Shown here piece after piece: positions 19,991-28,843 of a DNA stretch of 45,993 bases. The stretch spans positions 1 to 45,993 of the forward strand of contig JAMOPY010000025.1 of the NCBI GenBank assembly GCA_027064305.1, given 5' to 3'. Within the stretch, counting starts at the first letter, position 1; every line of letters starts with the position of its first letter. The notes under the pieces were generated by a model. That model did no database searches and was not told the DNA's origin. It saw only the letters and a program-made list of their open reading frames with translations. A program made the translations under genes and the position numbers. The stretch is from Methanobacteriota archaeon (GTDB taxonomy: Archaea; JAADCQ01; Methanopyri; Methanopyrales; Methanopyraceae).

Positions 19991-20428
19991 GTGCTGGGAC
20001 TCCTCCGGCGCGACCTGTGGCGCCAGGCCCGGTACATCCACCCGAAGCGCTACCGGGAGAGCATCCTGAAGACCCTGCAGCGGGTGATCGTCGAGCGGCT
20101 CCGCCGGGCGCGGGAGCTCCGGCCCGAGGACCTCCCCGACGAGCCCATCGAGGGGTACGACGAGTTCCTCCGCGTGGTCCGCGAGTACTCCGAGGACCCG
20201 GACTACGACTCCCCGCTGCTCCTGCTGTACGAGGGCCTGCTGGCCGCCTACGCCGTGTTCATCGAGGAGGAGCCCGTGCACCCACCGGGCACGACCTTCC
20301 CCGGCCTCGGGAGCGTGCGGGAGGAGGACGGCACCTATTACTGCCCGCTCAAGCGCCTGCGCGAGGATCAGCCCGGATCGTTCTGCTCGATCTGCCCGGC
20401 CGAGCAGGACCCGGAGGTGGAACCATGA
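19991..20428 (+). CDS. UPF0305/DUF2115 family protein (true start probably upstream)
   Basis: FIEEEPVHPPGTTFPG..YYCPLK..SFCSICPAEQ. The frame stays open upstream back to about 19781. Confidence 0.8.
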   Translation: MLGLLRRDLWRQARYIHPKRYRESILKTLQRVIVERLRRARELRPEDLPDEPIEGYDEFLRVVREYSEDPDYDSPLLLLYEGLLAAYAVFIEEEPVHPPGTTFPGLGSVREEDGTYYCPLKRLREDQPGSFCSICPAEQDPEVEP

Positions 20429-21342
20429 GGCCGACGGTCACGGTCGTTGGTAGTCACCCGATCGACTACGACCCGGGGCTCAAGGATCGGCTCCTGGAGC
20501 GGCTGAGGAGGCGGTCCGCGTACGCCCCCGCCATCCGGGAGGCCGTCCGGGACCAGCTGGAGGCCGGGGTGGAGCTGATCTCGGACGGCCAGGTGCGGGG
20601 CGACATGATCGAGATCTTCGCCTCGTACATCCCCGGACTCACCGCGGAGGGCGAGCCGGCGGTGATCGGCCGGGTGGAGCCACCCCGCTCCTCCCCGGTG
20701 GTGCTGGACTACCGGGAGGCCGTGAGGGCGGCGGACGGGCGGGCGGAGGTGAAGGCCATCCTCACCGGGCCGGTCACGCTCGCTCACTCCCTCAAGGTGG
20801 AAACCGACCTGTATCCGTCCAACGACCACCCCAGCCTGCTGAAGGACCTGGCCCGCGCCCTGGCGGTCGAGGCCCGCCGGCTCAGGGAGGCGGGCGCGGA
20901 GGTGCTGCAAGTGGACGAGCCCATCCTGTCCACGGGCGCCGTCAGGGTGGGGGAGGTGGCCCGGTACGTCAACCGCGTGCTGCGCGCCTTCCGGGGCGGG
21001 ACCCGGGTGCTCCACGTCTGCGGTCGGGTCGTCGACGTGTACGAGGAGCTGGAGGGGAGGATCAAGGCGGACGTCCTGGACCACGAGTTCGCGGGCCACC
21101 CGGAGAACCTGGAGGCGGTGGCCGCCGGCTCCCGTCCCGTCGGCGTGGGGGTGGTGCGCTCCGACGAGGATCGGGTGGAGCGGGTGCGCGAGGCGGTGAG
21201 GCTCCTGGAGCGGGCCCGGGAGGAGCTGGGGGAGCGGATCGAGTTCGTGGACCCGGACTGCGGCCTGCGCCGGCTGCCCCGCCGGGTGGCCCGTGAGAAG
21301 CTCCGGGTGGTCCGCAAGGCCAGAGATCGTGTGTTTTCATAA
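20425..21342 (+). CDS. metE: Archaeal short MetE-type methionine synthase
   Basis: TVVGSHP, ISDGQVRGDM, LTGPVTLA, QVDEP, Zn ligands HVC...E...DPDCGLR. ATG at 20425 overlaps the upstream stop (ATGA). Confidence 0.9.
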   Translation: MRPTVTVVGSHPIDYDPGLKDRLLERLRRRSAYAPAIREAVRDQLEAGVELISDGQVRGDMIEIFASYIPGLTAEGEPAVIGRVEPPRSSPVVLDYREAVRAADGRAEVKAILTGPVTLAHSLKVETDLYPSNDHPSLLKDLARALAVEARRLREAGAEVLQVDEPILSTGAVRVGEVARYVNRVLRAFRGGTRVLHVCGRVVDVYEELEGRIKADVLDHEFAGHPENLEAVAAGSRPVGVGVVRSDEDRVERVREAVRLLERAREELGERIEFVDPDCGLRRLPRRVAREKLRVVRKARDRVFS

Positions 21343-21407
21343 TACTCGACACGGTCAGAATAACAACCCTTAATTTCCTCGCCTCGACTCGTATGAAGGG
21401 CTGCGAG

Positions 21408-21800
21408 ATGCCGGGTCTGGAGGATCGGGTCGCCGAGATCCTGGAGCGCGGTGAGGGTAGGTACCTGATCATGGGGATGGTGCAGGCGCACGGGATGGGA
21501 CTGCGCTCGCTCGCGAGGGCGCTTAACGTGCCGGTGGAGGCGCTCGCGACGATCGAAATCGAGGGGTTCGGCCGGGTTCCCCACCCGGGGCTGGTCCGGA
21601 AGATCGCGCGGTGGATCGAGGAGCGGGGGCTCGACCCGGAGGAGCTGGTCGAGGTGGGCAGGGCCCGGTTCCGGCTGGAGTACGAGTGGGACGAGGTGAG
21701 GGAGGAACTGCCGGAGGAGCTGCGGGAGGAGCTCGAGGGGAAACACCCGGTGGAGCTGGGGTACCGGACGCTGCTCCGGGTGGCGCGGGCGCTGTCCTGA
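21408..21800 (+). CDS. XRE-type helix-turn-helix protein (alternative start at 21393)
   Basis: GMGLRSLARALNVPVEALATIE..VPHPGLVRKIARW. Upstream TATA-like CAACCCTTAATT at 21364-21375. Confidence 0.7.
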   Translation: MPGLEDRVAEILERGEGRYLIMGMVQAHGMGLRSLARALNVPVEALATIEIEGFGRVPHPGLVRKIARWIEERGLDPEELVEVGRARFRLEYEWDEVREELPEELREELEGKHPVELGYRTLLRVARALS

Positions 21801-21850
21801 GCCCTCGGCCCGTATGCCCCTCTTCACGCGCTCCGCCACTCTACGGCTCG

Positions 21851-22420
21851 TCATCGGGCGATCAGGGTTAGGAAGCCGTACAGGAAGAGGGCGCCGCCCA
21901 GCGCCCCGAGGGTGACCTGGCTGGGCGTGTGCGCGTTCATCCGCAACCTGGCCCAGCAGACGGCCCCGGTGATGGGCAGCCAGGCGAGGAGCGGCGCCCA
22001 GTCCCCCGCCCAGCACAGCAGTCCGGCCACCGCTCCCATGGAGGCGGCGTGGAGGCTGATCTTCCAGTGTCGGGTGATCAGGTACACGATCAGGCTCGCG
22101 AGCGCGTACGCGGCCAGGATCTCGGACGCGAGCGGTGAGCCCAGGAGTCGGGCCGCCAGGGCCCCGAGCCCGTTGCACGCGCACCCGGCCGCGATCGGGA
22201 GCAGCCGGTCCTCCACCCTCTCCAGGAACACGTCCGTTCCTCGGGTCCGGATGTAGGAGACCACGATCGCGAGGATCGAGCCCGCGGTGAAGAGCGTCAG
22301 CACCGAGCCCAGGGCGTCCCCGTGGGTCCAGAGCCACAGCGCGACGAGGCCCTCCGCCGTGATCGGGTTCAGAATCAGGGACAGGCCGTAGGCCAGCCGG
22401 TCGGTCGGTTCGCGTCTCAC
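21851..22420 (-). CDS. PAP2-like integral membrane protein
   Basis: Multiple TM helices, WKISLHAA and WARLRMNAHTPSQVTLG. GTG at 22420 after GAGGT. Confidence 0.75.
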   Translation of the reverse strand: MRREPTDRLAYGLSLILNPITAEGLVALWLWTHGDALGSVLTLFTAGSILAIVVSYIRTRGTDVFLERVEDRLLPIAAGCACNGLGALAARLLGSPLASEILAAYALASLIVYLITRHWKISLHAASMGAVAGLLCWAGDWAPLLAWLPITGAVCWARLRMNAHTPSQVTLGALGGALFLYGFLTLIAR

Positions 22421-22427
22421 CTCTACC

Positions 22428-22841
22428 TCACTCCCGGCCCACGAGCACCGCTCCCACGACAATGAGCGCACACCCGATCAGCGTGGTCACGCTGGGCCGC
22501 TCTCCGAGGGCGAGGATCGAGAACAGGGTGGCGAAGAGCGGATACGTGCTGGACAGGGGCACGACCCGGGAGGCGCTCCCGGCGCTGAGCGCCAGGTAGT
22601 AGAGGTACATCCCGATCCCGCCGCCCAGGATCCCTCCCAGGATCATGTACAGGAGGTACCGGGTGCCGCTGACGCGGGCGTGCCCGACGAGCGCGTACAC
22701 GGTCAGGATGAACGCGAGCGCCGCGCAGCTGCGCACGACCGTCGCCGTGAACGGGTCCACCCCGCGCAACCCGTACTTCTCCACGACCGGGGCCAGTCCC
22801 CAGACGACGGCGGTCAGGAGGGCGTAGGCCTCGGCCTTCAT
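22428..22841 (-). CDS. EamA/DMT family small transporter
   Basis: ALLTAVVWGLAPVVEKYGL, YYLALSAGSASRVVPLSSTYPL, LGERPS. ATG at 22841. Confidence 0.85.
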   Translation of the reverse strand: MKAEAYALLTAVVWGLAPVVEKYGLRGVDPFTATVVRSCAALAFILTVYALVGHARVSGTRYLLYMILGGILGGGIGMYLYYLALSAGSASRVVPLSSTYPLFATLFSILALGERPSVTTLIGCALIVVGAVLVGRE

Positions 22842-23086
22842 CCCAGGAACTCCACCCTTTCCACCCTGATCACCCTGACCCGCTCCGTCGGCGCGTTCTC
22901 CTCGGGCTCCCGGTACCCGGAGACCACCTTCACCTCCTCGTGCGGCTCGAACTCCCGGCCGCACTCCTCCAGGATCAGGTCCCCCTCCCGGAGGAGCATC
23001 GCGAACTTCCGCTCCACCTCCACGCTCCCGATCCGCACCTCGAGCTCCCGGACCGGGCCCTCGACGCGCACCCGGTTGAACTGCAC
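22838..23086 (-). CDS. Small hypothetical protein (82 aa, beta-rich)
   Basis: GTG start 4 nt after the spcS stop, stop overlaps the EamA start (ATGA), typical codon usage. Confidence 0.6.
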   Translation of the reverse strand: MQFNRVRVEGPVRELEVRIGSVEVERKFAMLLREGDLILEECGREFEPHEEVKVVSGYREPEENAPTERVRVIRVERVEFLG

Positions 23087-23090
23087 CGCG

Positions 23091-24419
23091 CTAACCACCC
23101 TCCAGCTCGCGCTCCAACCGCTCAACCGCCAGCCGGATGTCCTCCTTCCGGGCACCGATCGCCGCGTTGATGGTCACGTAGTCGGAGTGGTACCCTCGCA
23201 GCCGGCTGGTTCCGAACGGGTCGTCGGCTCGGACCCCGCGGGGCCCCGTCACCCGACGCACGTACAACCGGGCGGCGAGGTCCACCGGGTCGTGACCTTC
23301 CACGGCGATCGCGGCGGCTATGGGATTCTCCACGTCCAGGACGCGCACGTCGTCCCGCCGGCCCTCGAGCTCCTCCAGCAGTTCATCCAAAAGCGCTTTG
23401 CACTCCTTCTGCCTCTCCATCAGGCGCCGGTATCCTTTCATGCCGAGGGACAGCAGGGAGACGAGCGCGTGCGCGACCGGTGCCGCGCTGGCCCGGCCCG
23501 GGTACGCCCGGGAGATCTCCTCGAGGACCCCTCGGTCCGGCGAGTAGATGATCCCGCCGCCCACCGGGGTCAGCAGGTTCTTGTCCGTGGAGCTCACGAT
23601 CGCGTCCACGCGCCCCCGCTTGATGGCCCGGTTGATCAGGTCCCGGTAGTACTCGTGCTGGATCCCGTAGGCCGCGTTCACGACGTGCGGGACGTCGTAC
23701 TCCTCGCACAGCTCCGCGATCTCCGGGAGCGGGTCGCTCCGCCGCGGCGGGAAGAACGTCGCCGTGCTCAGCACGGCCGCGGGCGAGTCGGACCGCTCCA
23801 GCGCCTCCTCCACGTCCTCGGGCCGGGTGACGATCTCGTCGCCCTCGATCTCCGTGTCCACCACCCGCATGCCCAGCCCCGCGAGCCGCACCGCCTTGAT
23901 CGGGCTCTTGTGCGCCGCGTACGGGTAGATCACCTCCTCCCCCTCCGCCAGGGCCGACAGGCACAGGGTGAGGCAGAGTCCCGTCGCTCCCGGGACGACG
24001 AACGCGCCCTCGATGCTGTAGCCCAGCCGGCGCAGGAAGTCCTCCACCAGCCGGTTCGTCAGTCCGTACATGATCGAGGCGCCCGGGGCCTTCGGCTGCG
24101 GGTCCACCAGCGTGCCGCTGCGACCCACCCCGTGGCAGAACCCGAAGACCGACGCCTCCGCGAGCCGGGACGCCACCCGGGCCTCCCGCTCCCCGATCCG
24201 CGCGGCCCTCGGATCCTTGTCCGTGTCCATGCGCGAGAGCTCCCACAGAAAGCTCCAAATCAGGTCCTCCGGCCACCCCTCGTCCGGCACCCGTCGCTCC
24301 CGCAGCAACCGCTCCACCGGCTCCCGGTACGCCTCCAGGACCACCCGACCGCGCTCCAGCATGTGCTCGGGGATGAGACCCTCCATGTCCTCCGGATCCA
24401 GCAAGCGGGACGCCCCCAC
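23091..24419 (-). CDS. spcS: O-phosphoseryl-tRNA(Sec) selenium transferase (SepSecS)
   Basis: GLIPEHMLERG, MDTDKD..RIGEREAR, HGVGRSG..DPQPKAPG, HKSPIKA, VNAAYG, PLP motif SSTDKNLLTPVGG. Start uncertain. Confidence 0.93.
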   Translation of the reverse strand: MGASRLLDPEDMEGLIPEHMLERGRVVLEAYREPVERLLRERRVPDEGWPEDLIWSFLWELSRMDTDKDPRAARIGEREARVASRLAEASVFGFCHGVGRSGTLVDPQPKAPGASIMYGLTNRLVEDFLRRLGYSIEGAFVVPGATGLCLTLCLSALAEGEEVIYPYAAHKSPIKAVRLAGLGMRVVDTEIEGDEIVTRPEDVEEALERSDSPAAVLSTATFFPPRRSDPLPEIAELCEEYDVPHVVNAAYGIQHEYYRDLINRAIKRGRVDAIVSSTDKNLLTPVGGGIIYSPDRGVLEEISRAYPGRASAAPVAHALVSLLSLGMKGYRRLMERQKECKALLDELLEELEGRRDDVRVLDVENPIAAAIAVEGHDPVDLAARLYVRRVTGPRGVRADDPFGTSRLRGYHSDYVTINAAIGARKEDIRLAVERLERELEGG

Positions 24420-24423
24420 CGTC

Positions 24424-24762
24424 GTGAGGCTCGAGGGGGAGCGTCGGGCGGTCTCCCGGGAGGTCGCCGCCGCGCTCCGCGACCTGGAGGGGGCCGGGGT
24501 CAGCGTCGTGAGCGCCGGGGTGCGGATCGACCCCGAGGACCGGCCCGGCTTCTACGCCGCCCCGTTCCTGGACCTGCCCACCCTCGAACTCGAGCGGGAA
24601 GAGCTCGCGGAGGCCATCCGGGGCGGGACCCGGGTCCGCGCCGCCCCGGGCGCCTATAAGCTCTCGGTGCGCGGCGTCGTCATGGGGGCCGGTCGGGTGG
24701 GCGAGGACGGGATCCTGCGCGTCCGGCTTCCCCGGAAGTACGCCCGGCTCCGGCTGTGGTAG
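24424..24762 (+). CDS. Small protein, possibly NIP7/PUA-like partner of the Nop2/RsmB methyltransferase
   Basis: Stop lies 1 nt before the next ATG. VSAGVRI...LELEREELAEAIRG...VMGAGRV resembles a PUA/NIP7 pattern; family assignment is tentative. Confidence 0.55.
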   Translation: MRLEGERRAVSREVAAALRDLEGAGVSVVSAGVRIDPEDRPGFYAAPFLDLPTLELEREELAEAIRGGTRVRAAPGAYKLSVRGVVMGAGRVGEDGILRVRLPRKYARLRLW

Positions 24763-24763
24763 G

Positions 24764-25693
24764 ATGAAGCCCGGGCGCCTGCGGGCGTTCCGGGAGCGCC
24801 TCGAGCTCGTCCTCGGGGACCGGGCCGAGGACGCGTTCCGGTACCTGCTGGAGGGTCGGCCCCCCACCTACGTGCGCGTGAACACGCTGAAGGCCGACGT
24901 CGAGTCGGTGGTCGAGTCCCTCGAGCGCGCGGGCGCGCGGCTGGAGGAGACGCCGCTTCCCTACGCCTTCCGCGTGCTCGAGGCCCCGGGCCCGCTGGGG
25001 TCCTCCCTGGAGCACGTGGCCGGGCTGATTTACGTGCAGGATCTGGCCTCGATGCTGCCGCCGGAGCTGCTGTCCCCGGAGCCGCCGGGCCCGGTGATCG
25101 ACGCGTGCGCGGCCCCCGGGAGCAAGACCACGCAGCTGGCGCAGTTGATGGAGGGCCGGGGCGTCATCCTCGCCGTGGACGTGGACCCGCGGCGCGTACG
25201 GTCGCTGGCGCACAACGTGGAGCGGATGGGCGCGGTCAACGTGATCGTCGCCCGGGGGGACGTGACCCGGCTCCGCGTGGGCGCCCCGTACGTGCTCCTC
25301 GATCCCCCGTGCACGGGGGAGGGCACGTTCCACCGGGACCCGCACGCCCGGGAGACGTGGACGCCGCGGAAGGTGCGTCGGTTCGCGCGGAAGCAGGAGC
25401 GGTTGCTGCGGGCGGTCGTCCGGCTCCTGCCGCCGGGCGGCCGGTTGGTCTACTCCACCTGCACCCTGTCCCCCGAGGAGAACGAGCTCGTGATTCACCG
25501 GGTGCTCGGGGAGGACGAGCGGTTCCGGATCGTCGACGCGCGCCCCCGGTGGCTGCGGCCCCACACGGTCCCCGGCCTGACCGAGTGGGAGGGGAGGGAA
25601 CTGCGGCGCGACCTCCGCAACGCCTTCCGCGTGGACCCGGCCAGCCTGCGCTCGGACGGGTTCTTCATCGCGGTGATCGAGCGCGTCCCGTGA
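24764..25693 (+). CDS. NOL1/NOP2/Sun (RsmB/F) RNA m5C methyltransferase
   Basis: RVNTLK, YVQDLASMLP, DACAAPGSKTTQLA, LLDPPCTGEG, VYSTCTLSPEENE, DGFFIA. Confidence 0.95.
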   Translation: MKPGRLRAFRERLELVLGDRAEDAFRYLLEGRPPTYVRVNTLKADVESVVESLERAGARLEETPLPYAFRVLEAPGPLGSSLEHVAGLIYVQDLASMLPPELLSPEPPGPVIDACAAPGSKTTQLAQLMEGRGVILAVDVDPRRVRSLAHNVERMGAVNVIVARGDVTRLRVGAPYVLLDPPCTGEGTFHRDPHARETWTPRKVRRFARKQERLLRAVVRLLPPGGRLVYSTCTLSPEENELVIHRVLGEDERFRIVDARPRWLRPHTVPGLTEWEGRELRRDLRNAFRVDPASLRSDGFFIAVIERVP

Positions 25694-25740
25694 CCTCAAG
25701 TTTAACTACCGGGGGCGCGCGGCCCACGGCGGGGAGCGCC

Positions 25741-26820
25741 TTGGTCGAGGACGGGGGCGACGCGGTCGACAAGCGGGACGTCGCCATCCTCCGGGCGATG
25801 GAGGGGCTCAGCCGGGCGTTCGAGTGGATCCCGGAGGACAAGCTACTGGAGCGCCTGCCGATGGACTACGCGGAGCTGGCGTCCCGGTTGGAGAAGCTGG
25901 ACCGGTTGGGGCTGATCGAGTACCGGTACATCGACCTGTACCAGACCTACGCGGCCCGGATGAAGGAGCGGGCCTACGACACGCTCGCCCTCTGGGACAT
26001 GAAGAAGCACGACGTGTACGAGCGGCTGGGCACGGTGATCGGCGAGGGCAAGGAGGCGACGATCCTGAACGCGAAGGATCCGGACGACGAGTTCATCGTG
26101 ATCAAGCTGCACCGGTACCACGCGCCCGAGTTCCGGCGGATCAAGAAGACGCTCGCGTACGCCGCGGTGAAGGTCCGCGGCGAGGAGCTGCAGGTGGAGG
26201 ATCACCGGCTCGACGTGCCCCGGGCCAAGGCGCAGGTGGAGATGAGGGTGCTGCAGGTCCTCAACTCCAAGGGCTTCCCCGTCCCCGAGCCCCGCTCCAT
26301 CAACCGGCACGCGGTCGCCATGGACATGATCGAGGGCAACGCGCCGGGCATCCCCGCCCCGCTGCTGGCCAAGGTGAAGGTGAAGAACCCGGAGGACGCG
26401 CTCGAGGTGATCCTGGAGGACTACAAGGAGATGGTGCTCGAGGGTCACTACGTGCACGGGGATCTCAGCGAGCACAACATCCTCGTCACGCCGGACGGGG
26501 AGCTGTACTACGTGGACTGGCCGCAGGCCGTGCCCGTCGAGCACCCGTCCGCGCCCAAGCTGTGCTACCGGGACATCCGGAACGTCATCCAGCACTTCCG
26601 GCGCAAGTACCGGATCGACGCCCCGGATCCCAAGGAGGTGTACAACGAGATCGCGGACGACCTGCAGGCGCTGATGGAGGAGAAGCGGGAGGAGTACGAG
26701 GAGCATAAGGAGGCGGCCGAGAAGACCCTGGAGCGATTGGAGGAGAGCGTGGAGAGGGTGGAGGGTGACCGTGAGCGTGAGGCCGGACGTCGCGAGGTGG
26801 AGGAGGACCGGGTTTCCTGA
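25741..26820 (+). CDS. rio2: RIO2-type protein kinase
   Basis: N-terminal wHTH (ILRAME..FEWIP..YDTLAL), IGEGKEA, FPVPEP..NRHAVAM, VHGDLSEHNIL, VDWPQ. TTG at 25741; TATA-like AAGTTTAACT at about 25698. Confidence 0.92.
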   Translation: MVEDGGDAVDKRDVAILRAMEGLSRAFEWIPEDKLLERLPMDYAELASRLEKLDRLGLIEYRYIDLYQTYAARMKERAYDTLALWDMKKHDVYERLGTVIGEGKEATILNAKDPDDEFIVIKLHRYHAPEFRRIKKTLAYAAVKVRGEELQVEDHRLDVPRAKAQVEMRVLQVLNSKGFPVPEPRSINRHAVAMDMIEGNAPGIPAPLLAKVKVKNPEDALEVILEDYKEMVLEGHYVHGDLSEHNILVTPDGELYYVDWPQAVPVEHPSAPKLCYRDIRNVIQHFRRKYRIDAPDPKEVYNEIADDLQALMEEKREEYEEHKEAAEKTLERLEESVERVEGDREREAGRREVEEDRVS

Positions 26821-27451
26821 GGTCGTCCTGGCCGAGGGGAAGTCGATCGAGGAGATCGAGCGCGCCCTCCGGCGCCTCCTCCGAGCGGACGGGCTCGCCA
26901 TCGTGTCCCGGCTCGACCCGGACCGTCGGGAGCGCCTCGAACTGCCGGACGAGGTCGAGGTCGAGTACGACGGGCGGGCCCGGCTCCTGATCGCGCGCGC
27001 CCCCGGTTACGATCCACCGTACCGGGGCGGCCGCGTCGCCGCGCTCGCCGCCGGCACGTCCGACCTGCCCTACCTCCGCGAGGCCACCCTCATCCTGGAG
27101 GCGATGGGCGTTAAAACCCGGGAGTGGGTGGACGTGGGACTCGCCGGACCCCACCGGTTCTTCACCGCCCTGCGCGAGCTCCGGGAGTTCCGACCGCACG
27201 CGGTCATCGTCGCCGCCGGCATGGACGGGCACCTACCGATCGCGGTGAACGCCCTCGTGGACGTCCCCGTGATCGGCCTCCCCACGCCCTCGGGCTACGG
27301 GGCCGGCGGCTCCGGCGAGGCCGCCCTGCTCAGCATGCTCCAGACCTGCTCCCCCGGCCTCACGGTCGTGAACGTCGGGAACGGGGTCGGCGCCGCCGCG
27401 GCCGCGGCCAAGATCGTGCGCACGGTCCTCCGGGAGGGAGGGAACGATTAG
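26765..27451 (+). CDS. larB: LarB / NCAIR-mutase-like (PurE family) protein
   Basis: RRTGFPEVVLAEGK, AGTSDLP, DVGLAGPHR, AGMDG, VIGLPTPSGYG, VVNVGNGVGAA. Confidence 0.88.
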   Translation: MTVSVRPDVARWRRTGFPEVVLAEGKSIEEIERALRRLLRADGLAIVSRLDPDRRERLELPDEVEVEYDGRARLLIARAPGYDPPYRGGRVAALAAGTSDLPYLREATLILEAMGVKTREWVDVGLAGPHRFFTALRELREFRPHAVIVAAGMDGHLPIAVNALVDVPVIGLPTPSGYGAGGSGEAALLSMLQTCSPGLTVVNVGNGVGAAAAAAKIVRTVLREGGND

Positions 27452-27494
27452 CGGGCTGGAGCGCGAGGCCGCCCGGCTGCGCACGATCGAGGAC

Positions 27495-28784
27495 GTGGAG
27501 CGGTACGTCGGGATCCGGGCCCGCCTCATCAAGCGGGGAGTCGGCGGCACCTGCCGCGAGCGCGTCGAGGACTTCCTGGTCATGGAGAAGCCCACCGAGC
27601 ACACCTACGTGCCCCTCACCCTCGTCGGCGAGTGCCCCGAGTGCCGGGAGTACCACCGGGGCCGCACCTGCCCCGACTGCGGGGCCCGCCTGAGGCGCCA
27701 CCGGCTCCACCCCCAGCTCACGGTCCGGCGCCCGCACACCGTCTTCCACCTGGAAAAGTACGACTGGGACACGCTCAAGGCCGTTCGCCGCATCGCCCGG
27801 GCCCTCCACCGACCCCACCGCCACTTCGGGATCGCCGGGATGAAGGACAAGCGGGCCGTGACCGCCCAGCGCGTGAGCGCCCGCGGGGTCCCGCCGGACT
27901 CCCTCCTCCGAGTTCGGGTCCGAGACCTCCGGATCATCCCCGTCGGCGGGGCCCGGCGCAAGCTGCGCCCGGGCGACCTCTGGGGCAACCGGTTCGTGAT
28001 CACCGTGCGCGGGGCCGACGCCCGCCGCGTGGACGGGCCCCTCGCGCGCGTGCGGGAGCTGGGGGGCGTGCCCAACTACTTCGGCCTGCAGCGGTTCGGC
28101 AGCCGGAGGCCCGTGACCCACGTCGTCGGGCGGTACGTGATCCGGGAGGATTGGGAGCGGGCCGTGAAGGTCTTCCTCACCCTGGAGTACCCCCGCGAGT
28201 CCGAGGAGGCGATCGAGGCCCGCCGGTGGCTCAGGGAGCACTGGGGGGAGTTCCGGGAGGCGCTCCGGCGCTTCCCCCGCTTCCTGGACTACGAGCGCCA
28301 GATCCTGCGGCACCTGGCCCGGCACCCGGACGACTACATCAACGCCTTCCGCCGCCTGCCGATGTGGATCCGGAGGATGTTCGTGCACGCGTACCAGTCC
28401 TACCTGTACAACCTGATCCTCTCGGAGCGGCTCGCCCGCGGCCTGCCGCTGGATCGGCCCGTGGAGGGGGACATCGTCCGGGACGGCCTGCCCACCGTGC
28501 CGCTCCCCGGCTACCGGACGCGGCTCAGCGAGGGGGAGCCGGGGGAGATCGAGCGGGAGGTGCTGGAGCGGGAGGGGATCTCACCGGAGGACTTCCGGGT
28601 CCCGTCCATGCCGGAGCTGTCCGCCGGGGGCGATCGGAAACCCGCCCTGCTCCGAGTCTACCGGTTGAGGGCCGAGGTGCTCCGGGGGGACGTCGTCCGG
28701 TTCCGGTTCTCGCTGCCCCGGGGCGGGTACGCGACCACGGTGCTACGGGAGCTGATGGGCTCGGGCGGGGTCTACGCCGACTAG
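27495..28784 (+). CDS. truD: tRNA pseudouridine(13) synthase TruD with a Zn-ribbon insertion
   Basis: EDFLVME, GIAGMKDKRAVTAQ, GDLWGNRFVI, PNYFGLQRFG, MFVHAYQSYLYN, FSLPRGGYAT. Confidence 0.95.
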   Translation: MERYVGIRARLIKRGVGGTCRERVEDFLVMEKPTEHTYVPLTLVGECPECREYHRGRTCPDCGARLRRHRLHPQLTVRRPHTVFHLEKYDWDTLKAVRRIARALHRPHRHFGIAGMKDKRAVTAQRVSARGVPPDSLLRVRVRDLRIIPVGGARRKLRPGDLWGNRFVITVRGADARRVDGPLARVRELGGVPNYFGLQRFGSRRPVTHVVGRYVIREDWERAVKVFLTLEYPRESEEAIEARRWLREHWGEFREALRRFPRFLDYERQILRHLARHPDDYINAFRRLPMWIRRMFVHAYQSYLYNLILSERLARGLPLDRPVEGDIVRDGLPTVPLPGYRTRLSEGEPGEIEREVLEREGISPEDFRVPSMPELSAGGDRKPALLRVYRLRAEVLRGDVVRFRFSLPRGGYATTVLRELMGSGGVYAD

Positions 28785-28801
28785 CGGGGCGCCCGTGGTG
28801 T

Positions 28802-28841
28802 TCGTTACGATACTCGTAACGATTGGACCGGGGGCGTGCGG
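28802..28841 (-). repeat. Intergenic ~40-bp element with palindrome (copy 2)
   Basis: Minus strand reads CCGCACGCCCCCGGTCCAA-TCGTTACGA-GTA-TCGTAACGA. Confidence 0.9.
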
Positions 28842-28843
28842 CG

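Noticed and set aside
23091-24419. Selenoprotein or SECIS near spcS
   Set aside because: No gene in the window needs UGA readthrough to complete its domain, and no convincing SECIS was seen.
25105-25740. N-terminal extensions of rio2, and likewise metE (20017), trpD (28926) and rpoH (44269)
   Set aside because: Out-of-frame overlaps with neighbouring genes; better SD-supported starts lie downstream.
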